From a virus (lineage: Duplodnaviria; Caudoviricetes), in IMG/VR virus record IMGVR_UViG_3300037067_002514, positions 1 to 64,000 of that record: a stretch of 64,000 nucleotides of DNA; one strand, written 5' to 3'. Both the position numbers and the translations under genes were made by a program. The notes under the pieces are model-generated. The model had not been told where the DNA came from. It saw nothing but the letters and a program-made list of their open reading frames with translations, and searched no databases. Positions 55,383 to 64,000 of this stretch are shown in pieces; the first letter of the stretch is position 1, and every line of letters begins with the position of its first letter.

Positions 55383-57395
55383 TTATAGCCCCCCTTTATT
55401 AAATACTTCCCAATTTTCAATTAACCACTTATCAGTCTCTAGTATTCCCTCTTCTAGGCTAACTGTAGAATTCCAACCTAATTCACTATTGGCTAAACTA
55501 GAATCCATATTGTAGTCTAAGTCCTTACCTCTTCTATCTGGTGAATTAGTTACTAAATTATTAAAATTATATCCAGTTAAGTAACAAGTAAATTCAACTA
55601 ATTCCTTTACACTAAGGTATTCAGAACCAGAGAAGTGATATACTTTGTCATGCTTACCAGTATTAACCAAGTCTATAATTCCTTTTGCCACATCTTTACG
55701 ATGAACAAAAGATCTCCTAGTTTCACCATTACCATCTAATCTAAGTATACCACAATTATGTATTGTTGTCAAAGTTTTTGGGACTATTCTGAATAGTTGT
55801 TGGCATGAACCATATATATTAGCAAATCTGGATAGGACATAGGGGAATCTATATTGTTTGTACATAACTTCTAAGTACATATCAAATGCTGCTTTAGAGT
55901 TGTGACTAATAATATCTTGTTCTATAATATAATTATGATTATCCGCAACTTCTATGTCAATTACATCACCACAATAATTACTTAATAAAGGTTTATCTAT
56001 TGGTTGCCAAACTATATTACCTTCATTTGTTCTTTGAGATTTAATGATAGGACATGGTTTATTATAAAGCTTCAAACTTGGTATAGTATCAAAAAATAAT
56101 CCTACAGATTTAGAGTCTGTTATTATTACCTTATCACCATTTATATATGAATAAATACCCAAACGAGATAGTAAATACTTTATCTGTCTAATTAATACAG
56201 GAGAATGAGACCCAAATTCTAGTTTATTATTACAATAGCAACCATCTGCATCAAAATATCCCCCTAAAAATTCCTTAATATTATCTATAGAATTATTAAT
56301 AATTTCTTGTGGTAGTACTTTATTAACCGCTTTCTTATCTAATCCTAGACTCTGTATTTGTCTAACTAAAGAAATATCCCCTTTGTAAGCATACCAACAA
56401 TTTTTACTTTTGTGTTTTAATAAATACCCACCACCTATTAAATTTATATAATATTCAACAAAATCTTTTTTTTCGTCTGCTAATGTTATGGTTTGTTGTC
56501 TAGTAGTAGTTATGTTTTTACTTCCCTTTTTAATATAACCATCACCTACAAAATAACCTAAAAATCTGTTAAAACTAGCATTGAAATAATTAGTAATATC
56601 TCCATAATTTTCTCTGGTTGTAGCTACCCAATCTCCCTTCTGCAACTCCTTAGCAGTAACCCAAGTGGTGTTCAATGCCCCAATATCTTGGCGATAATCT
56701 AATTTATTGTTGTATCTTTTAGGTCTTTTGACTAAAAATTTATGGTTGGGGGTACACCTTATTTTTCTATTTCTTATGTTGACTTCTAATAATTCTTTAC
56801 AATTATACTTAAAAACATTGGTTACATTTTTTGATTCTACCTTATTAGTAAGAGTATTTATACTTTGAACTAAGTCTCCAATAACAATATCTTTTATTGC
56901 TTTTTCTGTTCCATTTGACAGTAAAACTAAAGTATCTGGATGTAGACATGCAGCATAAGGAGTAGTAGGGTTATATATTTTTGACTCTTTGAACAGTTTA
57001 GGTTTGTTTCCATAAACTTCTGGAGTTGATGAGTGAATAAACTTCTGTAAATAAGTTTGAGTATTGAGATATTGTACTATTCTAACTAATGCTGAACAAT
57101 TAACATCAAAGTAATCACTAGGATAATCCCAACTATCATCAACTATACCTAATGCTATAAAGTTTAGAACAATAGTGGGTCTTATTCTATCTATAAGGTC
57201 TTTAATAGCCTCAAAATCTTCCACTATGTCATAGTGGTACTCTTTGAAGTTATCTAACTTAGGGTTAGCACTATAGGGTTTAAACATATTATGATTTACT
57301 GTTCTCCCTATACCTACAACTTGATATCCTTCGGTTAAAAGGGCATCAACAGCTATACCACCCATATAAGAGCTACTACCTAATACTAATATCAT
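55383..57395 (-). CDS. NDP-sugar 4,6-dehydratase-like extended SDR, intein-containing (320 aa spliced)
   Basis: STPEVYG, TPYAA|SK (YxxxK), RFANIYG, RIVPK, DGNG...RSFVH..D, DRRGKD..Y. Confidence 0.88.
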   Translation of the reverse strand: MILVLGSSSYMGGIAVDALLTEGYQVVGIGRTVNHNMFKPYSANPKLDNFKEYHYDIVEDFEAIKDLIDRIRPTIVLNFIALGIVDDSWDYPSDYFDVNCSALVRIVQYLNTQTYLQKFIHSSTPEVYGNKPKLFKESKIYNPTTPYAACLHPDTLVLLSNGTEKAIKDIVIGDLVQSINTLTNKVESKNVTNVFKYNCKELLEVNIRNRKIRCTPNHKFLVKRPKRYNNKLDYRQDIGALNTTWVTAKELQKGDWVATTRENYGDITNYFNASFNRFLGYFVGDGYIKKGSKNITTTRQQTITLADEKKDFVEYYINLIGGGYLLKHKSKNCWYAYKGDISLVRQIQSLGLDKKAVNKVLPQEIINNSIDNIKEFLGGYFDADGCYCNNKLEFGSHSPVLIRQIKYLLSRLGIYSYINGDKVIITDSKSVGLFFDTIPSLKLYNKPCPIIKSQRTNEGNIVWQPIDKPLLSNYCGDVIDIEVADNHNYIIEQDIISHNSKAAFDMYLEVMYKQYRFPYVLSRFANIYGSCQQLFRIVPKTLTTIHNCGILRLDGNGETRRSFVHRKDVAKGIIDLVNTGKHDKVYHFSGSEYLSVKELVEFTCYLTGYNFNNLVTNSPDRRGKDLDYNMDSSLANSELGWNSTVSLEEGILETDKWLIENWEVFNKGGL
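55899..56948 (-). mobile_element. Intein 7 (350 aa) with LAGLIDADG endonuclease, inside the YxxxK motif
   Basis: CLHPDTLV...CTPNHKF...GYFVGDG...GYFDADG...DIEV..NHNY...SHN, +1 Ser. Confidence 0.95.
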
Positions 57396-57396
57396 T

Positions 57397-58776
57397 TTAC
57401 CTCTTTAGTAGTGTCTTAGAGTATTCTAATAAATCCTTCTTAGACACACTCCTCTTATTTCCAGAATAGGATACCTTTATAGCACCAGCTACACAACCTA
57501 TAAAACCTACAAGTTCAATGGGGGCATCTACACACATTAATGGGGACGTTATAGAAAAGAAAGCATCTCCAGCACCAACTGTATCAATAACATTACTAGT
57601 CAAAGATGGAATAGTATTATTATAAGCTATACATCCCCTTTCTCCAGTAGTTATTATTGAAGTTTTTGGTAACTCATTTTGTATAATAATTGATAAGTTA
57701 TCATCTCTCTCATACTTCTCATGCACTGCTAATCTTAATTCATCCTCATCTATACAAATGTATATATTATCTTTCCTATCCCAATATTTTCTAATAGTAT
57801 TATGCCCCATATTACCAGCATTTCTTTGTGTTGCTACTGCTAAATATTTAGCCTTATTCTTTATTAAGTCCCTAACATTCCTAGTTAATAATCCATGTCC
57901 AAAATCTGCTACTATTACTAGGTCATAGTCTCTAATGCACTTATCTAATGAGTTATGTATAAAAGGCTGGTGTTCACTATATTCATAGGTCTCAAATAAT
58001 TTTTGATTACCTTCAATATACCTCTTTTTTGTAATAGTACTGGAATCTACTATATTAACGGTATTAACAAAGGAAGATAGGTGATTTCGTATTGCCCATG
58101 AACCCCCTAGATATTCCTCTTTGTTACCCAATTCAAAGGCAACTATTGGTGATTTACCCGACTTACCTATTGAATGCCCATATTGGTATATATCTAAAAT
58201 ACTTTCACTAACTACTAGTACTTTTAATTCCTCTATTCTCTTTATCCAATCATAAATATCAATATAAGAATATGGAAACTTATTTAAGTACTCTACTGTG
58301 TTTTCAGGAAGGCTCATACTATTTATAATCTTAGAAGAACTAAATACTTCACCACCAGTAAATACTATTTTACCCCCAACTGAATGTATTGCCTCTTCTT
58401 CCTTTGTTATTGCATCATTATCTAGACCTTTATACTCTATACCCTTAACGTATATGTTTGGTTTAACTAATCTTATTGTTTCAACAGCAGTCTCATATTC
58501 ATTTACAGCTACATAATCAACTATAGATAGATTTGATAGTAATCTTGCTCTTATACTATCTGTAAACATAGGTCTATTAAAGCCTTTATTAACAAACTTA
58601 TCCTGAGTAACAGTTACTACTAGAATATCCCCTTTTGATTTTGCCTCCTCAAAGTGTTTTAAATGCCCCATATGTAGTATATCAAATACACCATGACATA
58701 ATACTACAGTCATTCCTTTACTCTTTAATTCTTCTACTTTATCAGAGAGTTCACTTAAACTCAATACCTCACTCAT
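57397..58776 (-). CDS. Bifunctional nucleotidyltransferase / PfkB-type sugar kinase (HldE-like, reversed domain order)
   Basis: N-terminal HGVFDILHMGH and YVKG.EY; C-terminal DTVGAGDAFF, DFGHG and GKSGKSP. Confidence 0.9.
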   Translation of the reverse strand: MSEVLSLSELSDKVEELKSKGMTVVLCHGVFDILHMGHLKHFEEAKSKGDILVVTVTQDKFVNKGFNRPMFTDSIRARLLSNLSIVDYVAVNEYETAVETIRLVKPNIYVKGIEYKGLDNDAITKEEEAIHSVGGKIVFTGGEVFSSSKIINSMSLPENTVEYLNKFPYSYIDIYDWIKRIEELKVLVVSESILDIYQYGHSIGKSGKSPIVAFELGNKEEYLGGSWAIRNHLSSFVNTVNIVDSSTITKKRYIEGNQKLFETYEYSEHQPFIHNSLDKCIRDYDLVIVADFGHGLLTRNVRDLIKNKAKYLAVATQRNAGNMGHNTIRKYWDRKDNIYICIDEDELRLAVHEKYERDDNLSIIIQNELPKTSIITTGERGCIAYNNTIPSLTSNVIDTVGAGDAFFSITSPLMCVDAPIELVGFIGCVAGAIKVSYSGNKRSVSKKDLLEYSKTLLKR

Positions 58777-60431
58777 GCTAGTTTTTCTCCAAACTTTACT
58801 ACTTGTGATATCCTATGGGTATCTGGTATTATAACATTACAAAATACTGGGTCATTTCCCTTTAATACTCTTTTAATGGTATCTTTTATATCCTTATTGA
58901 GTATAACTTCTTCTGTTCTTATCCCATAAGCCTTAGATACCTCAGTAAAATTAGGAAAACCAATATCATTATAAGCTGAGGCTGTATACCTAGAACCTAA
59001 CCAATCATCTTGAGTCTGTTTCATCATTGAGTACCCATTATTATTAATATTAAATACCTTAATAGGAATATTTAGTAACCTTATTGTGGATAGCTCTTGA
59101 ATGTTCATTTGTAAAGCACCATCCCCCATTGTAGCTATAATCTTTTTCCCACTAGCGTAATGTGCCCCTATAGCTGCTGGTAAACACCAACCCATTGATG
59201 TATTATTAAAATCTGAGTAAATCCTTTGCTTTTTAAACATGAATGATTGCATTAACCATACTAAAGAACTTCCAGTATCACCAAGTATTAAATCATCATC
59301 ATTAACAAACTTAGATAGGTTATAGAAGAATATACTAGGGTCAATGGTGTATGTATAACCATATATATTAGCATAAGCTTGTTTCCAAGAATTAATAGTA
59401 CAATGCCACTCTAGTATATTATTTAGTTTAAACTTATATGCATTTAGCCCAATAGTAAATAATTTCAAATCACAGGATATACCTATAGTTGGATTACTTT
59501 TATCAGCCTCACATGAGTCTATATCCACTATAATCTTTTTAGCCTTTGGTGCAAAATCAGAAGGTCTACTCCCTATCATATGACTATCTAGCCTACTACC
59601 TAGCACAAGTAATAAATCAGCATTTTGTACTGTAAGATTTCCTACTTTTGAGCCATGTTGCCCAAAATATCCAGCATTTAAAGGATGATTGTAAGGTAGT
59701 AATCCTGTAGCCCCCCAAGTCTGTAATACAGGTATTTGTAGTTTATCTACTAAGGTAAGTACCTCTTTCTCTGCTTTAGATAAAAATACCCCACTACCTA
59801 GAATTAAAGCTGGTCTCTTAGCCCTAGTTAACTCATAAATAACATTGTTAATATTGGGGATAGAAAGATCAAGGTATACTTCTGGTACATAGCACTCTAA
59901 TTTTGAAACATCTACATCCATTCTTTGTATATCATCTGGTATATCCACTAGTACAGAACCTTTTCTTCCTTCTTGTGCAATATATACTGCTTTTTGAAGT
60001 TCATATTTGATCTTATAAGGGTCTATAACAGTAACTGCATACTTAGTTACTGGTTTAAAAATACTAACAACATCAGTCTCTTGAAAACCAAGTTGTCTAA
60101 CTCCACTAGTACCCTTCATCCTTGAAGTAGTAACTTGCCCAGTTATTGCTAGTAAGGGAATAGAGTCATAATATGCCCCTGCTACCCCAGTTAGCAAGTT
60201 AGTAGCACCTGCCCCACTTGTAGCTATACATACCCCTATATTACCAGATACTCTAGAATAACCATCGGCAGCCATAGCAGAAGCCTGTTCATGATTATTA
60301 CAAACATAACTTAATTTTTTACTCTTTGATATAGAGTCTACTAGGTGTAATACTGCCCCACCATTAACTAGGAACACTTTAGTTACTCCTAAGTTCTCTA
60401 TAAATTTAACAACAAAGTCAGATACTTTCAT
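58773..60431 (-). CDS. ThDP-dependent enzyme (acetolactate-synthase-like fold), copy 1
   Basis: HEQASAMAADGY.R, TSGAGATN, GQV, FQETD, GDGALQMNIQEL...NNNGY. Confidence 0.92.
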   Translation of the reverse strand: MKVSDFVVKFIENLGVTKVFLVNGGAVLHLVDSISKSKKLSYVCNNHEQASAMAADGYSRVSGNIGVCIATSGAGATNLLTGVAGAYYDSIPLLAITGQVTTSRMKGTSGVRQLGFQETDVVSIFKPVTKYAVTVIDPYKIKYELQKAVYIAQEGRKGSVLVDIPDDIQRMDVDVSKLECYVPEVYLDLSIPNINNVIYELTRAKRPALILGSGVFLSKAEKEVLTLVDKLQIPVLQTWGATGLLPYNHPLNAGYFGQHGSKVGNLTVQNADLLLVLGSRLDSHMIGSRPSDFAPKAKKIIVDIDSCEADKSNPTIGISCDLKLFTIGLNAYKFKLNNILEWHCTINSWKQAYANIYGYTYTIDPSIFFYNLSKFVNDDDLILGDTGSSLVWLMQSFMFKKQRIYSDFNNTSMGWCLPAAIGAHYASGKKIIATMGDGALQMNIQELSTIRLLNIPIKVFNINNNGYSMMKQTQDDWLGSRYTASAYNDIGFPNFTEVSKAYGIRTEEVILNKDIKDTIKRVLKGNDPVFCNVIIPDTHRISQVVKFGEKLA

Positions 60432-61295
60432 TTACCAACCTTTCCTTTTATTAGGGTATGATCTACACCTACATTTACAAGTATTACACTCTTGGGTATT
60501 TAATAAGGATAAACCCTCATCTATCAGGTAATCTATACTATTGAAATCATTGTTATTTATACAGTCTATAACCTTTACATAATTACTCTTTAGAATGTAC
60601 CCCCACCATACAGTTATAAAATGTTCAACGTTATACCCCATTAGCTTAAAAAACTGGTCATAATCCTCTCTTAAATACCTTGAAAAGTGATCTCCCCCTA
60701 ATAAAGGTGTATCAGTATTACATTTATGTGATATAGGGCGAACATTAGCCCACACACTCCACATGTGATTTAGCATAGTTTCATATGACATTAGAAGTTC
60801 TAGATTGTAGTATGTATCACCCCCATACTTTTCTACTGTATCCTTATAAGCCTTATATAAAAATGAATTACAGGGGGATAGTCTTGAAAAGTACCCACTA
60901 TTGTAAATATCCATTCCAAAACCAAATTTCTGAGCACTATTATTTGTGATTATGTTTCCCCAAGGTATTGATATACCCCAAATCCTAGACTTATCTACAC
61001 TATCCCAAGATTTAACAAGGTAATCATACCACTCTCTGTAGAATACAACATCACTATGAGCATAAGCTATTATGTCATACTCTCTAGTAAATGCTTTAAA
61101 CCCCTTATATATCAGGGTATCAGTAGGACTAATATTGTCAATCTTTACAAAGTTTATCCTATCACTGATGTTGCACTCTTTATTGTGGGATACTACATAA
61201 ATATCTTGATCATAACTACTATCTAGAAGTGTCCTGATACACTCTTTATATGTTTCAGTAGGTGCAACTACAGGTATTATTAAAGCAGTATTCAT
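60432..61295 (-). CDS. GT-A-like glycosyltransferase
   Basis: LIIPV N-terminus and YDIIAYAHSDVVF (DxD-like) region; divergent. Confidence 0.55.
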   Translation of the reverse strand: MNTALIIPVVAPTETYKECIRTLLDSSYDQDIYVVSHNKECNISDRINFVKIDNISPTDTLIYKGFKAFTREYDIIAYAHSDVVFYREWYDYLVKSWDSVDKSRIWGISIPWGNIITNNSAQKFGFGMDIYNSGYFSRLSPCNSFLYKAYKDTVEKYGGDTYYNLELLMSYETMLNHMWSVWANVRPISHKCNTDTPLLGGDHFSRYLREDYDQFFKLMGYNVEHFITVWWGYILKSNYVKVIDCINNNDFNSIDYLIDEGLSLLNTQECNTCKCRCRSYPNKRKGW

Positions 61296-61972
61296 TATTT
61301 AACACCTACCCCAACTGCAAATAGATAGTGAGCCATATTTGAATAACCAGTATGGACAACTTCATCATTCATTGAAAACATAAGTACATTCTCATAGAAT
61401 CTACTCATCAGATTCTTAAGTGATTTATAATCCTTTAGGTTTATATGCTGAACCTCACTTACTTTAGAGGCATACATACTAGCTGACAAGTTAGGTGTAC
61501 CCATTACATATATACCATTATACTTCAAACTATTTGCTATATTATACATAAATTTATCTTCTTTAGACTTATCAAGATGTTCAATAACGTCTATAGAATA
61601 AGCACCATCAAACTTTGTGTAACCAGTATCAACGTATAAAGATGAGGTACTCATATCATGTACTTTGAACTCAATATTACCTATTGCTTTAAGCCTTTCT
61701 TTATTACTCTCTATTAGCCTTCTTTCAGGGTCTATTGCAAGTATATACTTAGCTTCTTTAGCTACTATAGGTACCCCAAAACCATCCCCTGCACCTACTT
61801 CTAGGATATCCCTCTTTCCTTCCAACATCCTAGATACAAACTTATATCTAGATAGTACAAAGCACATATGCTTAGGGTCATTTAACAGGCTATAGGAAGT
61901 CCATGAGCCTAGTTTTATCCCCTCTACAAATTGATCTTTGGTACCCTCTTTATATGCTTCTTCCTGATTCAT
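61295..61972 (-). CDS. Class I SAM-dependent methyltransferase
   Basis: ILEVGAGDGFG, AIDP, SIDVIEHL, GTPN. Confidence 0.9.
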   Translation of the reverse strand: MNQEEAYKEGTKDQFVEGIKLGSWTSYSLLNDPKHMCFVLSRYKFVSRMLEGKRDILEVGAGDGFGVPIVAKEAKYILAIDPERRLIESNKERLKAIGNIEFKVHDMSTSSLYVDTGYTKFDGAYSIDVIEHLDKSKEDKFMYNIANSLKYNGIYVMGTPNLSASMYASKVSEVQHINLKDYKSLKNLMSRFYENVLMFSMNDEVVHTGYSNMAHYLFAVGVGVK

Positions 61973-63714
61973 TATTCTCCTACCATAAGTCTTTTTAACT
62001 CTTCCCTGTCAAGATATGGACACATATCCTCTAAAGGTCTATGAGAAAAGGTACCATTACCATTATCTATGAAACCCATTGATGGTGTAACCTTTTGTTC
62101 TGGTGATACCATTATCTCACAAATACAAGGGTTATTATCTGACATCATTTCTCTTATAGCGTCTATTGACTCAGCATCATTATTAACTCGTATTACTCTA
62201 ATTCCATACGCTTTACCAACTTTTCTATAGTCTGGAAGAGATAACCTCCCTTCAACAGAAGAACCTATATATCTCTTATCTAAGAAAGATTCTTGGGTAT
62301 GCCTTATAGCTAAATAACCTTCATTATTAAACACCACTATTTTAATAGGTAAACAATGCTCTACTATAGTTTGTAATTCTTGTATGTTGAATTGAAAACT
62401 ACCATCACCAACCATGCAGACTATTCTATACCCATTTGAAGCAAAGCAAGCCCCTATACTTTCAGGTAATCCAGTACCCATTGGTGCTTGGGAAGCTGAA
62501 ACAATAAGTCTACTACCTTGTCTTAGGTTAATAGCTTGATTAGATATGTACAAGGCAGTACCACCACCATCAACAGCATATGAAGATTTATACTTTGATA
62601 ACTCTTCTATAAAATTGTAAGGATTAACCCAAGTATAATCAATAGTGTTACTACTTACCTTATTATATCCTTTATAGGTATTACATTGGGAACGCCAAAC
62701 TGAATTATCCTTACTAGGTAGAGATATACAATTAAGAAAATAGTTAGCATCACTAAGAACTTTAAGATCAACCTTTAGATAGTTGTAGTTTAATTCCACT
62801 TGATCAATATCAACTACTACTTTTTTAGCTTTAGGTGCAAATCCCTCTATATTTGTAGATGTTATATTAACCCCTAGATGAGAGCCTATTGATATTAATA
62901 AGTCACAATTCTGTATAGCTAAATTAGCTCCCCTGTTACCAGCTATACCAATTAATCCGATATTTAGGGGATGATAATCATATACTAAATCATGAGAATT
63001 CCAAGAGTACACAAAGGGTATCTTATTATCCTCTATAAAATTCCTAAAACTATCGGCAGCACCAGAAAGTCTTATTCCAGCACCAGCTAGAATTAAAGGT
63101 CTCTTTGCTTCACTATATAACTTGCTTAAAGCATCTGACGGAATGGTATACATTTTTAAAGATGGCTTAACATATTGTTCTAGTGAATCTACATTTATAT
63201 CCATCATTTGAAAGTCTAATGGGATATCTACCCAAACAGGACTTTTCCTACCATTAGTAGCTAGATAAAGTGCTTTGTCTAGGTAATACTTTATCTTTTT
63301 AGGATTATCAACTGTCACTGCATACTTAGTAATTTTACTTACTAGGGAAGTGATATCAAATTCCTGACTACCTAGTTGTCTAATGCCCTTACCTTGGGAA
63401 GTGAAGGAATATCTGGATTGTCCAGATATTACTAGAAGTGGAATTGAATCAGTCCATGCGGATAATACCCCTGTTAGTGCATTTGTACCACCTGGGCCAG
63501 TTGTGACAATACAAACCCCAATATTGTTATTTATCCTTGCATATCCACCAGCAGCTAAAGATGCGGCTTGTTCATGGTGCATAAATACTGGCTTTATATC
63601 AACCTTACTAATTGAATCAAATATATGTACTGCACCACCACCAGTAACACCAAATACAGTGTTAACTTTACATTCTTCTTTTATATACTTAGCAACAAAA
63701 TCAGTTAGTTTCAT
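61972..63714 (-). CDS. ThDP-dependent enzyme (acetolactate-synthase-like fold), copy 2
   Basis: HHEQAASLAAGGY.R, TTGPGGTN, SGQ, GDGSFQFNIQEL...NNEGY. Confidence 0.92.
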   Translation of the reverse strand: MKLTDFVAKYIKEECKVNTVFGVTGGGAVHIFDSISKVDIKPVFMHHEQAASLAAGGYARINNNIGVCIVTTGPGGTNALTGVLSAWTDSIPLLVISGQSRYSFTSQGKGIRQLGSQEFDITSLVSKITKYAVTVDNPKKIKYYLDKALYLATNGRKSPVWVDIPLDFQMMDINVDSLEQYVKPSLKMYTIPSDALSKLYSEAKRPLILAGAGIRLSGAADSFRNFIEDNKIPFVYSWNSHDLVYDYHPLNIGLIGIAGNRGANLAIQNCDLLISIGSHLGVNITSTNIEGFAPKAKKVVVDIDQVELNYNYLKVDLKVLSDANYFLNCISLPSKDNSVWRSQCNTYKGYNKVSSNTIDYTWVNPYNFIEELSKYKSSYAVDGGGTALYISNQAINLRQGSRLIVSASQAPMGTGLPESIGACFASNGYRIVCMVGDGSFQFNIQELQTIVEHCLPIKIVVFNNEGYLAIRHTQESFLDKRYIGSSVEGRLSLPDYRKVGKAYGIRVIRVNNDAESIDAIREMMSDNNPCICEIMVSPEQKVTPSMGFIDNGNGTFSHRPLEDMCPYLDREELKRLMVGE

Positions 63715-64000
63715 CCCTCACCTTCCAGTTATTAAAACTTCTCCTTAATTTATACATATCTGGTTCTTCTAGTAGCTTATCCCTAAGTAATCCATATCCC
63801 CAACAGTCATTCACTACAGAAAAATTCCTTCCACCAGATACTGTTTTCCCTTCTTTACAAAGCCAAGTAATACATTTATATATATTATCAAAGCTAGTTC
63901 CAGTACCTTTTTCTAAGAACTTTTGGGTCTCTATATGCTTTTCTGAATTTACTGGTGTATTTTCTAATATAAGGTTATGAGTTTTAGTCTTAGTCCATCC
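63701..64000 (-). CDS. C-terminus of a probable SDR oxidoreductase (5' part outside the window; not in the ORF track)
   Basis: Open frame GWTKTKTH...VSGGRNFSVVNDCWG...DMYKLRR...ETN-stop, overlapping the next ATG; resembles classical SDR C-termini. Confidence 0.55.
   Translation of the reverse strand, partial: GWTKTKTHNLILENTPVNSEKHIETQKFLEKGTGTSFDNIYKCITWLCKEGKTVSGGRNFSVVNDCWGYGLLRDKLLEEPDMYKLRRSFNNWKVRDETN

Noticed and set aside
55744-55972. Internal promoter-like matches (TTGACA-17-TATACT at 55772-55744; TTGACA-17-CATAAT near 55960)
   Set aside because: They lie within coding sequence of an AT-rich genome, and two near-matches this close suggest chance; unsupported without TSS data.
54573-63714. 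Ordinary pantothenate/branched-chain amino acid operon
   Set aside because: No ilvC, ilvD, ilvN, panC or panD; all neighbours are nucleotide-sugar enzymes.
896-63748. All + strand ORFs in the track (e.g. 2053..2559, 48857..49441, 35732..35932)
   Set aside because: They are antisense to well-supported minus-strand genes, with no motifs or SD context.
1-64000. CRISPR array, tRNA/rRNA genes, integrase, stop-codon reassignment
   Set aside because: No spaced direct repeats or cloverleafs were seen in the short intergenic gaps, no recombinase motif was found, and genes are full length under code 11.

Overview
AT-rich window from a large tailed dsDNA bacteriophage, probably a siphovirus: it has a 1559-aa tape measure and a tail tube, and no sheath is visible. 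All credible genes are on the minus strand; the + strand ORFs are antisense shadows. Reading the minus strand from 64000 to 1, there are five modules. (i) A sugar-nucleotide biosynthesis cluster of at least 12 genes: SDR, two ThDP enzymes, two methyltransferases, GT-A, HldE-like kinase/nucleotidyltransferase, dehydratase, PanB, Zn-dehydrogenase, epimerase and GmhA. (ii) Head genes with a GT4 glycosyltransferase beside the protease. (iii) Neck genes with a second GT4 and a phosphoesterase. (iv) Tail tube, a free-standing Vsr/DUF559-like endonuclease, a tail chaperone with a -1 frameshift, tape measure and large tail-tip/fibre proteins. (v) A replication and nucleotide module: SSB-like protein, primase, DnaB, Hjc-type resolvase, ThyX, phosphoesterase, DUF5664, family A polymerase and an HNH-dCMP deaminase fusion missed by the ORF track. 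Seven inteins are present, several in unusual hosts, including a putative virion neck protein, a glycosyltransferase and a sugar dehydratase. The best candidate for a new system is a phage-encoded branched/higher-carbon sugar pathway coupled to glycosyltransferases embedded among virion genes and to Ser-Gly-rich virion proteins, suggesting self-sufficient virion glycosylation. All assignments come from motif recognition by eye; no database searches were run.
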